Position numbers and translations under genes: made by a program. This document shows positions 47,836-57,402 of a stretch of DNA of 64,000 nucleotides, one piece after another; the first letter of the stretch is position 1, and each line of letters starts with the position of its first letter. The stretch is taken from contig DYIZ01000013.1 of the NCBI GenBank assembly GCA_020723385.1, positions 1,733-65,732 of the forward strand, read 5' to 3'. The notes beneath the pieces are model-generated. The model saw nothing but the letters and a program-made list of their open reading frames with translations. It had not been told where the DNA came from and did not search any database. The DNA is from Candidatus Aquidulcis sp. (GTDB lineage Bacteria; Chloroflexota; Anaerolineae; Anaerolineales; UBA4823).

Positions 47836-49339
47836 TCAGCTTTGCACGATCAGCACCGGCGAGACCCAGGTGAGGTCGTCTTTGTTGCGGCGGGCCAATT
47901 CCCGCCTCGAGCAGCGCCAGCTCGGGGCTGCCATGATTGGGCAAAGAACGGTAGAAAGCCAGAGTCATCACCTGGGCGTTATCAACATCCACCGACCACC
48001 GGTACCCCAGAACAGACGGCACGCCGGATTGAATGATACTATCGGCAATTCCCAAGTAATCGTTGTATAGCAAATCCTTCGAATCCCCGGTCGAGACTCC
48101 ATCGCAGCACGTCAGGTGAACCAGGCGGGTATCCGAATTTTCGAGCAGGAAACGCAAATCATTCCCGGTCAATGGCATTACATTGCCTGAACGCTTCTTG
48201 TGTTCCCAAAAGAACAGACTGCTGGTTTCCGAAGAAGATTCTCGGTAGATGCCGTGCCCAATGTAATGGACAATGTGAAATTTGTTGGCGTTCAACAATT
48301 CCTGTACTTCATCACACGATGCATCATCAGTCGGCAGGTATTTCAGATCGAGCCACTTCAATGGAGACAGCAATTTCGCCAGGGCAGCCCCCATCTGGTC
48401 AATTTCATCCAGCCTCGGCTCCGTGTTCGAGACGAGCAGTAAAACACGCAGCTTATTACCTGTGCGGACAAGTTGCCGGATCAAATCAGCAGAAATTGGA
48501 ACATGGTTGGTCATTACGCCTCGAACCTGGCGCGTCATTGGATGGAGCAATGCCAGATAGTCACTCGCATCGTCAGAGAATAAAAATTCGAGTGGTAATC
48601 CCACCAGATCGCGGCTGGTCTCGAATGCCAACTGAAGTTTCTGATTCTGGCTAACGCTACCCAAAGCTCGTTGATAACTGCTCAATACTGGAGGGTGCTG
48701 CTCGAACAAGAGCCGGTATAGATCTCGCCCCACAGTCTTGAGAATGAATCGGCCCTTGAGCATATCCAAAATGTGCTCGTTGCCCCAGGCTTTGAACAAA
48801 GTCGAATCGAGATTTAGCAAATTGGGAGAATTGGTCTTAAATCGGATTTTTCCACTCACTTGCAGGTGAATCCGATGGCCCGGCTCTAAAGAAACGCACA
48901 ATTCACAATCGTCGCGCTCATACCAAAACGCAGATAGTTGTTGAAATAACACCGCACGGCTGACATATTCCAACAACAGGTTGATTTCATTCTTTTGCAG
49001 AAAGCCAAAGGCTGGAGAATTTCCTTTTTTGTCCGGCTCGAGCGCGCCGCGCACCATCTCTACATCCGCATAGCCAGTCAGAATGATCACAGCCGTCGCT
49101 GGATATTTTTCGTGGATGTGGTGCATAAGATGAATGCCATCGCGATTATCCTCGTCGGTATCATCCAGCCGGACATCCAAAACTGCTACTTGAAAAGATT
49201 CGGAAGATAGAATCGAGTTTGCTTCTTCCAAACTGGCTGCGGGTATCACATCATATCCATCAGAAACCAATAAACTCACTAACGTTTGCCTGACATCTGG
49301 GAAATCCTCAACAACTAAAATACGGCTTCGTTTTGTCAT
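47836..49339 (-). CDS. Receiver plus CHAT (caspase-like) protease; apparent frameshift near 47902
   Basis: REC: VVEDF, LDVRL; CHAT: GLPLEFL, HYIGHG, HLTCCDG, GVPSVLGYRWSVD; the alternative frame ends ELARRNKDDLTWVSPVLIVQS* at 47836. Confidence 0.8.
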
Positions 49340-49379
49340 GCATTTTCTCCACGCGAAGTAAGAATTCAGCCTGCAGACC

Positions 49380-50957
49380 CTAATGTTTCAGCCTCTCCGC
49401 CACCACGGCCGCGGTAATCAGGGCGTGGTCGCGGTGGGCTGGCTCCATGTCCATCACGGTGACGACTTTGATGGCATTGAACAGGACTCCGATGAGATAA
49501 GCCCGCGCGGCATCGGGGTCGTTTTCGGGCAAGGCCAGCTCGCGGATTTTTTGGATGGCCCGGTGGGCTTTGTCAATCTCCGGGATGGCTGCCAGCTCCG
49601 GTGGAAGCTCGACCCTGCGCAGGTCAGGTGCATTGTAGGAAAGACAATCCCACTCGTAGAGCCGCTTCCAGTCGCTGCTCTGCACCATCATGAAACGGGT
49701 GAAGGTTTCAAAGGAAACGTAATCTTGCAGCAACGGCCCCCGGTCGGCGACGGCGAAATCAATCAGCCAGGTTTCGTTCCGCTCGTCTACCAGCACGTTG
49801 TAGCCGTAGAGGTCGCCGTGAATGATGGCGATTTGGGAGTCGGCCCGCAAATCGGCTGTGAGAGCGAATTTCATCGGATCGGGCAGAAGGAACTCTCCTC
49901 CCAGCCAGAGTCCCTGGCTGTCGCGGTGAAATGGGTGCCGCCCCGCCATCATGCGCTCCAACGAGCTTTGCATCACCTCGGATTTGAGGCGCACCAGCCG
50001 CATGTAGGTTTCACGCAGGTCGAGTTTGGAATGGGATGTAATAGCGTTACGCCGCCAGGGGAAGCAGGTTTCCTGGAATAGATTATCGAGGGCCGACAAA
50101 ACCTGGGCGAGGCCGGCCTCCCGATAGAAGATGGCGAAATCGCGGGTGGCGCCCAAACCCGCGAAGGTGTACAAAATCCCCGAGAGGCTGCGGGTGCGGG
50201 CGAAATGAAGCGTCAGCGGCAGGCGATGCCCGCCCACAATGCCCTGAACCAGCTCCCGGTATTTATGGCGTTCTTTCTCGACCAGGGCGTGCTCCCCGAT
50301 CTTGGCGACACGCGCCTCACCGCGTCCCCGCCCGCGGTACCAGGGGGTCACAGCAAAGACAGCCGCCCCGCTGTAGCCACGTTTCATTGGGCGAACCTCG
50401 ATCCGCTCGCATTCGTAAAATAGCTTTTGTAGAATTTCGCAGGTTTCTTCAGCCACCTGCCCGGCATCGGGTTTGGCAATGTCAATAAAGCGGATTTTAT
50501 TAGCCACATGCGGGATGAATTTTTCGGTATCTTCGATAATGAGTGCATCGTTGATCCGCAGAGCATTGTCGAATGCCCCTTTCACCTGCTCCGGCAACCG
50601 CATGATTTCTGATTTTTGGAGAAAACTGTAAGCCGGAGCAAAACCATTGGAATCCGGCTGGAGCGCTTCCTGCACCATCCCGACAGTGGCATACCCGGTG
50701 AGGATAATCACAGCGACGGTGGGGTCTATGCCATTGATATCGTGCATCAGGGTGATGCCATCCTGATTGTCCTCATCGGTGTCGTCCAGGCGCACATCCA
50801 GCACGGCCACGTGAAAACGCTCGGCCTCGAGCAGCTGCAAGGCTTCAAAACGGCTGGAAGCGGTGCGAACGAGATAGCCTCTGTCAGAAAGCAAACCCGA
50901 CAGCGTTGTACGCATGTCGGGCAGATCGTCAACGAGGAGAACGCGGCCTTTACACAT
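49380..50957 (-). CDS. Receiver domain fused to an APH/kinase-like (TCAD9-like) phosphotransferase, second copy
   Basis: REC: LVDD, LDVRL; kinase: GYSGAAV, RVAKIG, HGDLYGYN, WLIDFA, LQDYVSFE. Confidence 0.82.
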   Translation of the reverse strand: MCKGRVLLVDDLPDMRTTLSGLLSDRGYLVRTASSRFEALQLLEAERFHVAVLDVRLDDTDEDNQDGITLMHDINGIDPTVAVIILTGYATVGMVQEALQPDSNGFAPAYSFLQKSEIMRLPEQVKGAFDNALRINDALIIEDTEKFIPHVANKIRFIDIAKPDAGQVAEETCEILQKLFYECERIEVRPMKRGYSGAAVFAVTPWYRGRGRGEARVAKIGEHALVEKERHKYRELVQGIVGGHRLPLTLHFARTRSLSGILYTFAGLGATRDFAIFYREAGLAQVLSALDNLFQETCFPWRRNAITSHSKLDLRETYMRLVRLKSEVMQSSLERMMAGRHPFHRDSQGLWLGGEFLLPDPMKFALTADLRADSQIAIIHGDLYGYNVLVDERNETWLIDFAVADRGPLLQDYVSFETFTRFMMVQSSDWKRLYEWDCLSYNAPDLRRVELPPELAAIPEIDKAHRAIQKIRELALPENDPDAARAYLIGVLFNAIKVVTVMDMEPAHRDHALITAAVVAERLKH

Positions 50958-50977
50958 TGCCCCTCACAAGGTATTGG

Positions 50978-51376
50978 TTATGGTAACACACGTTGAATTG
51001 TGGTCAACAATTGTACGATATCGGACTTGGGCACAAAATCCGAAGCCAGCACAAGGCCAGATGCATCCGGGCCGCGGGTGTACTGCACATCTTCGGTTGT
51101 GCCATAGCCAGTGACGATGATGATTTTGATCGAGGGCCAACGGATGCGGATTTTCCGAGCCAGCAACAAGCCATCTTTGTTATCTTCGTCGGTATCATCC
51201 AGGCGCATGTCCACCAGCGCCAGATCGAAGCGACCTGTTTCAAGGATCTGAATCGCTTGATCTGAGGATTCCGCCACCTCGACTTCGAATCCTTTGCCCG
51301 CCAGCAGGCCGCGCAGGGTAGCGCGCCAATCTGGAAGATCGTCAACCACCAACACCTTGCGCGGTTCTTTTGTCAT
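50978..51376 (-). CDS. Single-domain response regulator
   Basis: VVDD, VDMRL, VTGYG and FVPK; GAGGAG RBS. Confidence 0.9.
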   Translation of the reverse strand: MTKEPRKVLVVDDLPDWRATLRGLLAGKGFEVEVAESSDQAIQILETGRFDLALVDMRLDDTDEDNKDGLLLARKIRIRWPSIKIIIVTGYGTTEDVQYTRGPDASGLVLASDFVPKSDIVQLLTTIQRVLP

Positions 51377-51402
51377 GGGATTTCTCCTCGTGGGGATTCC
51401 GA

Positions 51403-51756
51403 TCACGGCTTCGATGAGAGCGGCAGCAGCTCACGGACGCGATTGAGCAAATCCTCTGACCCAAAGGATTTGGGGAAATAACGCACTGCACCCAGGCGGT
51501 AGGCGTTGAGCGCTTCCTGCGTGTTGGGCCTGACGGTGGTCACGATCACGCGCTTATCGGCATATTTCTCGCCGATTTCCTTGATGATATCCAAATGGCC
51601 CGAGCTGGCAATCACCAGGTCGAATTGGTCGTCTTCGAGCTGTTTCAAAGCTTCTTCGATGGTGGAGGCGACAACGATCTCGAATCGGCTCAAATCGTTC
51701 TTGACAAAATCAATCCAGCGTGGCTCGTCATCAATGATCAGGATTCGTGTTTTCAT
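51403..51756 (-). CDS. Atypical (pseudo) receiver protein
   Basis: IIDDE and YFPK are present, but FDLVIASSG has no Asp at the phosphoacceptor position. Confidence 0.8.
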   Translation of the reverse strand: MKTRILIIDDEPRWIDFVKNDLSRFEIVVASTIEEALKQLEDDQFDLVIASSGHLDIIKEIGEKYADKRVIVTTVRPNTQEALNAYRLGAVRYFPKSFGSEDLLNRVRELLPLSSKP

Positions 51757-54700
51757 GAGATGCCTCCTCCCCGGATGGGGATGGTCACCAGCATGACCGT
51801 ACCCGTCATGCCGGTGGTCTCAATTGTAATATCACCGCCCAGGCTCTGCAAGATCAAGCGGCTCAACCACAATCCCAGGCCGGAACCCATCCCTTGCTCT
51901 TTTGAGGAGACCGGCTTTACAAACAACCGCTGCCGGATCGAAGGAGGAATGCCAGGACCGGTATCCTGAACGTGGATCCGAATGAGGTTATCAACCAATT
52001 CGCTGGTTACTGTCAATGTACCGCCGCCAGCTTTCATCGCGCGGTAGGCGTTATCCACCAGGTTATTGATAACTTCTGAAATTTGACCAATCGGCGCACG
52101 GATAACCGTAATTCTTTCATCGAGTTTCTTGACTGTCGTCACAAATGGATGTGTGGTGTCATCCTTCCAGGCTTTCTGAACCTGGCTGACAATTTCGTCT
52201 AGCACCGCATTGATATCTACATCTCCTATTTCGGCGTTTTGCAGCGGTTCTTGAATCCGTGTGATCAATTGGGATGTGTACCGGACATTGCGCTCGACGA
52301 TATCGAGGCACTCCTGAATGGTGGCGTCAGAAGTGTCCACGCGTTCACGCAGCCGGTAGAGGTTGGGAGGAATGATATTGAGGGTGTTATTGATGCGGTG
52401 CTGCAGGGCAGCGGTAGCTGTGCCGAGGACGCCCAACTGTTTATTGGCAATGATCTCTTGCTGAAGCTGCTTTGTCTCGTTATAGAGGCGAACATTCTCC
52501 AAAGCGATGACCGCAGCTTTGGCAATATCTTCCAAAATCTCGAGGTCTTGCTGGCGGAAGCGGTTTTCGATGGTGGGATGATCAATGCCAATGACACCCA
52601 CAACCTGACCACCCTTAAGCATTGGAACGGCCATCCAGGAGGCCTTGATATCCTCTCGCTCAGTGCTATGCCCAGGCTCAGCAAACCAATCTTCGATTTC
52701 TTTACGGGTAGAGAAAAAGATCGGTTTTTTGGTCTCGATGATATATTCTGTACGGCCCTTCCCCGAGACTCGTGAAGGCAAATATTTGGGTTGATCGTTA
52801 GCGTAAACGAGAGCAAAACGAACCGTATCGGAAAGCTCATCGTACAGCGCAATATACATATTGCTGGTGTCCATCAATTTGGTGGCCTGATCCCGTATCA
52901 GGCTCAACAGTTCTGCCTCCGATAACTGAATATTCGAATTGACCGCGCGATTGAAATCTATCAGGGCCTCTAAGCGTTGATTGACATGGGTCATGTCGCG
53001 GACCATAAAAGCATTGTCCAGGGCGACGGCCGCCTGGTTAGCCATGGCTTGCAAAATTTCCTGATCATCGCCGCTGAACACATAATCTTGAGTCGGGTGG
53101 TATGCGGCTACCACGCCCAAAACTTTCTCCCCCAACATCATCGGAACGCCTAACCAGGATGCTGAAATGGCGCCTGTATATTCTTTATGACCTTTCTTAT
53201 CGTACCACGCTCTCCCCTCCGCCTGCGTCGAATGTAAAATTGGCTCCTTTGTACGAATGATCTCTTCCGTTCTTCCTTGACCAGCTTTCCGGGGTTGATA
53301 GGCTTTTGTGCTGACAATATCTGCTTGTCTGCCGTTGAGGTAAACCAGACCAAAACGCACATAATCGGTTGCCTCGTCATACAAGGCGATATACATATTG
53401 CTCGTGTCCATCAGGTCACTGGCATGTTGATGAATCAAATCGAGCACCTGCTCTTCCGTCAAGCGCAAGCCTTGCGTCACCTCACTGCTGAATTTAACCA
53501 GCGCCTCTAGTTTTTGATTCCTGGCGTAAAACAGGCGTGAATTATCCAGCGCAATTGCAGCCTGGTTGGCGAGCGCTTGCAGGATGATTTTGTCATCCTC
53601 ACTGTAAACATAATCATTGGTTGGATGATAAGTCGCAACCACACCGACAACTTTATCTGCGACCAGCATCGGAACACCTAGCCACGATGCCAAAGGCTGG
53701 CCGATATATTCGCCGTGACCAGGTTGAGCATACCACGCCATACCTTCAGCTTGAGTAGCATGGAAAAGGGACCGTTTGGTCCGAATAATTTCCTCGGTCT
53801 TCCCGCTACCCGCCTTGCGGGGCTGCCAGCCTTTCTCTTGAGCTATTTCTATTTTCCTCCCGTCAACAAAGGCCAGCCCGAAACGAACGGTATCCGTTGT
53901 CTCGTCGTACAGGGCAATATACATATTTCTGGTATCCATCAACTGGCTGGCTTTATTGTGAATCAACTCGAGAATTTCATGCTCTCTGAGGCGAATGCCT
54001 TGGGTCAGCTCCAAACCAACTTCATTGACCGCCCGCGTAACTTCGTACAACCGGGCATTGCGCAGTGCAATGGCCGCCTGGTTAGCCAAAATCATCGCCA
54101 ATTCCTGGGCGTCATCATTGAAAGCTTCTTTCTGCGCGCTTTCAGCATTGAGCACCCCCACCAGCTCATTGCCGACCAGCAATGGCACATCCAGCTCAGC
54201 CAGGGTCGATTCGACATCCTTCCGGTAACGATCATCCACTGTCACATCATTGGCGCATATCAATTCACGCTTTGCGGCAGCCCCCCCCATCAATCCCTCT
54301 CCAACCTTGATGCTGGCGCCTTTCGCCTTGCCAATCGCATACTGGAATTCCAGCTCATTGGTAGTTTTATTCAGCAATGCAATCGAGCCAACCTCACACC
54401 CCAGCATTTCCAGCGATTGCGCCAGGATAGTCTGTAATAAAACATCCTTATCGAGAATACTGGCAATGTTTCGCGATATTTTTTGCAGCGTCTGCCGCTG
54501 CTCGAAGAGGCGCTTATTATGGATTGCAACAGCAGCCTGGCTGGCAAAAAGCTCGATCAACTCTCGTTGGGATGACAGGAAAGTCTGCGGCGTGCGGAAG
54601 TTGGCGAATAAGATGCCGACCAATTCGGTTCCAACGATCAGCGGGATAGCGGATGAGGATCTTACCTTCTCGCGAACAACGAACCGCTCTTCGGGACGAT

Positions 54701-56021
54701 CTACTCGATCCACTGTGAAATCTTTGGTGAGATCGCCTGGCCCCTGGGAATTGAGAATGTAAGCCGGTTTCCGGCTCTTCACAATTGTCCAAACGACATC
54801 GTCGGCATAAACTTTATCTTTCGCTACAGTTTGAACAAATTTTTCACCGGCTTCGATGGGCGGCAATACAAAATCATTTCGTTGTTGAATAAACTCATAA
54901 AAAACGACTAGGTCTGCACCCAGCACATTTTTGGCGGTTTCGACAATATCCTTGAGAATGTCCCGCACCGTGATGGGCGTAGCCGGCTTGGTGAGCAGCG
55001 TCGAGCCGACTTCGTGCAGCCGCTTGAGCGCCTCGGCCCGGCGGGTGATCTGCTGGTACAGGCGGGCGTTGTCAATCGCCACCGCGGCCTGGTTGGCGAA
55101 CACCCGGATGGTGTCTTTTTCCTCCTCGCTGAACTGGTGCGGGGTGCGGAAATTGACATACAGGATTCCCAAGACACGCTCGGTCACCTTGAGGGAAATC
55201 CCCATGAATGCTTTGATATCCTCTCGCTTGATAAATGGGCTTTCCAACATCGCAGGGTCTTCAGCCTGGATGTCACCACGCACCACTTCTAGCTCCCGTT
55301 TGACATAAACGGCCATCCCACCCTCACGGCGCGGTTTTTCGTTGAGATGCAGCGATGTATTCAACCCAAAAGCAGCCACGCTCTTTTGATCGTAAAATTC
55401 CTCGTTCTCGGGATCGTAAGGATACACCACCGCACAGTCAGCGCCGGTCACATCGCAAGCGCCCTTGACCACTTGTTCCAGCACCTGCATCGGGGAACCA
55501 GAAGCCAACTGCTCGAACACCTCCCCCGTCTCGATCAACCGCCGCAGCGTCTTGCGCCGCTTTTCCGCCTCGAGTGTCAAACCCACCTGGGCGGAATAAC
55601 TGCTCAACAATTGCCGCTCCAGCTCCGTAAACTCTTTGACCACAAACGAATAAATGCATACGACACCAATCACCGTATCGCCCACTTTGATCGGGAGAAT
55701 GAGCGCAGAACGCCAGCCCTGTTCCTTGGCAAAATCCTTGTATTTCCACAGCGGGTCGGTCAGAATATCATGAACAATTACCATTTTGCCCGTCTGAAAC
55801 GCCTGTCCGGTTACAGTTGGCGTGTCAAAACCCAGGAAGGCCGTTTCAATGTATGACTTTGGCAAACCGATCGCAGCCTTAATGCGAAGTGTGTGCGCGG
55901 TTTCATCCGGGACCCACACGCTGATGGGCAAATTGAGCACCCGATTGATCGATTCGACCATCGTTTGGAAAATATCTATCGGCTCGGTGGTTTTTCCGTT
56001 CTGCAATTGTTCGAGACCCAT
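51753..56021 (-). CDS. Soluble histidine kinase with about 7 GAF domains
   Basis: Repeated ANQAA.A.DN GAF ends; QHRINN, NLVDNAY, DTGPGI and GSGLGL; ATG after GGAGG, directly after the upstream stop codon. Confidence 0.9.
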   Translation of the reverse strand: MGLEQLQNGKTTEPIDIFQTMVESINRVLNLPISVWVPDETAHTLRIKAAIGLPKSYIETAFLGFDTPTVTGQAFQTGKMVIVHDILTDPLWKYKDFAKEQGWRSALILPIKVGDTVIGVVCIYSFVVKEFTELERQLLSSYSAQVGLTLEAEKRRKTLRRLIETGEVFEQLASGSPMQVLEQVVKGACDVTGADCAVVYPYDPENEEFYDQKSVAAFGLNTSLHLNEKPRREGGMAVYVKRELEVVRGDIQAEDPAMLESPFIKREDIKAFMGISLKVTERVLGILYVNFRTPHQFSEEEKDTIRVFANQAAVAIDNARLYQQITRRAEALKRLHEVGSTLLTKPATPITVRDILKDIVETAKNVLGADLVVFYEFIQQRNDFVLPPIEAGEKFVQTVAKDKVYADDVVWTIVKSRKPAYILNSQGPGDLTKDFTVDRVDRPEERFVVREKVRSSSAIPLIVGTELVGILFANFRTPQTFLSSQRELIELFASQAAVAIHNKRLFEQRQTLQKISRNIASILDKDVLLQTILAQSLEMLGCEVGSIALLNKTTNELEFQYAIGKAKGASIKVGEGLMGGAAAKRELICANDVTVDDRYRKDVESTLAELDVPLLVGNELVGVLNAESAQKEAFNDDAQELAMILANQAAIALRNARLYEVTRAVNEVGLELTQGIRLREHEILELIHNKASQLMDTRNMYIALYDETTDTVRFGLAFVDGRKIEIAQEKGWQPRKAGSGKTEEIIRTKRSLFHATQAEGMAWYAQPGHGEYIGQPLASWLGVPMLVADKVVGVVATYHPTNDYVYSEDDKIILQALANQAAIALDNSRLFYARNQKLEALVKFSSEVTQGLRLTEEQVLDLIHQHASDLMDTSNMYIALYDEATDYVRFGLVYLNGRQADIVSTKAYQPRKAGQGRTEEIIRTKEPILHSTQAEGRAWYDKKGHKEYTGAISASWLGVPMMLGEKVLGVVAAYHPTQDYVFSGDDQEILQAMANQAAVALDNAFMVRDMTHVNQRLEALIDFNRAVNSNIQLSEAELLSLIRDQATKLMDTSNMYIALYDELSDTVRFALVYANDQPKYLPSRVSGKGRTEYIIETKKPIFFSTRKEIEDWFAEPGHSTEREDIKASWMAVPMLKGGQVVGVIGIDHPTIENRFRQQDLEILEDIAKAAVIALENVRLYNETKQLQQEIIANKQLGVLGTATAALQHRINNTLNIIPPNLYRLRERVDTSDATIQECLDIVERNVRYTSQLITRIQEPLQNAEIGDVDINAVLDEIVSQVQKAWKDDTTHPFVTTVKKLDERITVIRAPIGQISEVINNLVDNAYRAMKAGGGTLTVTSELVDNLIRIHVQDTGPGIPPSIRQRLFVKPVSSKEQGMGSGLGLWLSRLILQSLGGDITIETTGMTGTVMLVTIPIRGGGIS

Positions 56022-56022
56022 T

Positions 56023-57378
56023 TCAATTCCTCCCGGCGCTGTGAACTGCCCGCCAGTGAAAATCATCCACCAATGATTGGTGGTAATCGTTCTCCCGAAA
56101 AGCCAGCCCTCGCCGGTCCAGCTCCACTCGGGTGATCAAATGGGGCATTCCCCATTCCTTTTCCAGATAAGCAATCTGACAACCGGTCAGCGTTTGCCCC
56201 TGGTTCTTATGCAATAATCGCTGGAAACACCGCTGGCCGCGCGCCAACGTTTTCGAAAATCGCTCGGTCTCGGCTGTGAAGTAAGCCAGCAAGCGCGCTT
56301 TCACCCAGGGGTCACAACAAACCGAGGAAACATTTTGCGAGACGCAATCCAACATGACCGGCAAAAAATTGGGAGATTGGATTCCAAGCAAAAGCTGCCG
56401 CGTGATCACCCCGCGGATCAGCATTTTGATGATGCGCTGCCGCCCATCCTTGCCCGGAGGGGGCGCGCCGTCAGCCACCAGGCAGTACAGGCCCTTGAGA
56501 TAGTCCGCTATGACCCGCTCGCTGGCTGCGGCCAGCGCCGCCGGAAGATCGTCTGCCCGGACGAAAGCGCGGATGCTCTCGATAATGGGCTGGTACAGAT
56601 CGGTATCGAAGACGGAGGGCGCGTTTTGCAGGATCATCGCCACCCGCTCGGAGCCGATCACCGTCTCGGTGAAGGGATCGTTCATCGGGAGGAAGCTCCG
56701 CCGGTCGGGGCCAAGCTCCCGGCAGATGAACAGCGAATTGGAGAACTCCACGAACCGCCCGCATTTGCATCCAGGGCGGCAATCCGCCCCACAGGCTCGC
56801 TCCCGCCCCCGGTCGTAGAAAAGCTCCGTGTTGGGGCCGCACTTCCGGGGAGGGGCGCTCCCCTCGATGCCGTTACCCTGGATCCAGTAATTGCTCTCGG
56901 CCCCCAGCCCAACGACCCGCTCTTCGGGTACGCCCACTTCCAGCCAAGCCCGCCGGGCCAGGTCATCCTCGGGCATAGGATTCCCCATCACATCGCCGCC
57001 CTTGAAATACGATACCCAGATGCGTTCCCGGTTTACCCCCAACACCATCGTCGCCAGCCGCCACATCCGGCGGATCGTCTCGGTTTTGCCGTTCGGCCCG
57101 AACTCGAACGCCCCCGGCATCTCGAACAGGCTGAGATGTACATCATCCGACCCAACTTTGTCGAGATCGAAATGGCGAAAACACTCTTGAACCAACACAT
57201 ATTGGTTACCATCCCGGCGAGGCGATTGGGACAAGGAGGTTTCCACCTGCACCAGACCGGCGCTCATCACGAACGACATTGGGATGGATGCATCCAGCAA
57301 CGGGGCGCGGGGCAACTGCTGGTACCCCAGCCCCTCGTAATATTTGACAAAACGCTGGCGGATCACATTCGAATCCAT
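56023..57378 (-). CDS. Truncated, divergent alanyl-tRNA synthetase paralogue (aminoacylation and helical domains only)
   Basis: IRQRFVKYY, QECFRHFDLDKVG, FEMPGAF, NYW, CGPNTELFYDRG, GCKCGRFVE, IGSERV, VIADY and ETERFSKTLARG; ends at about 451 aa with no editing or C-Ala domain. Confidence 0.85.
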   Translation of the reverse strand: MDSNVIRQRFVKYYEGLGYQQLPRAPLLDASIPMSFVMSAGLVQVETSLSQSPRRDGNQYVLVQECFRHFDLDKVGSDDVHLSLFEMPGAFEFGPNGKTETIRRMWRLATMVLGVNRERIWVSYFKGGDVMGNPMPEDDLARRAWLEVGVPEERVVGLGAESNYWIQGNGIEGSAPPRKCGPNTELFYDRGRERACGADCRPGCKCGRFVEFSNSLFICRELGPDRRSFLPMNDPFTETVIGSERVAMILQNAPSVFDTDLYQPIIESIRAFVRADDLPAALAAASERVIADYLKGLYCLVADGAPPPGKDGRQRIIKMLIRGVITRQLLLGIQSPNFLPVMLDCVSQNVSSVCCDPWVKARLLAYFTAETERFSKTLARGQRCFQRLLHKNQGQTLTGCQIAYLEKEWGMPHLITRVELDRRGLAFRENDYHQSLVDDFHWRAVHSAGRN

Positions 57379-57402
57379 GCGGCCTTTCACCCCAAAAACG
57401 AA

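Noticed and set aside
56023-57378. Calling this gene the housekeeping alaS
   Set aside because: It is about half the usual length, lacks editing and C-Ala domains, and has many altered conserved motifs.
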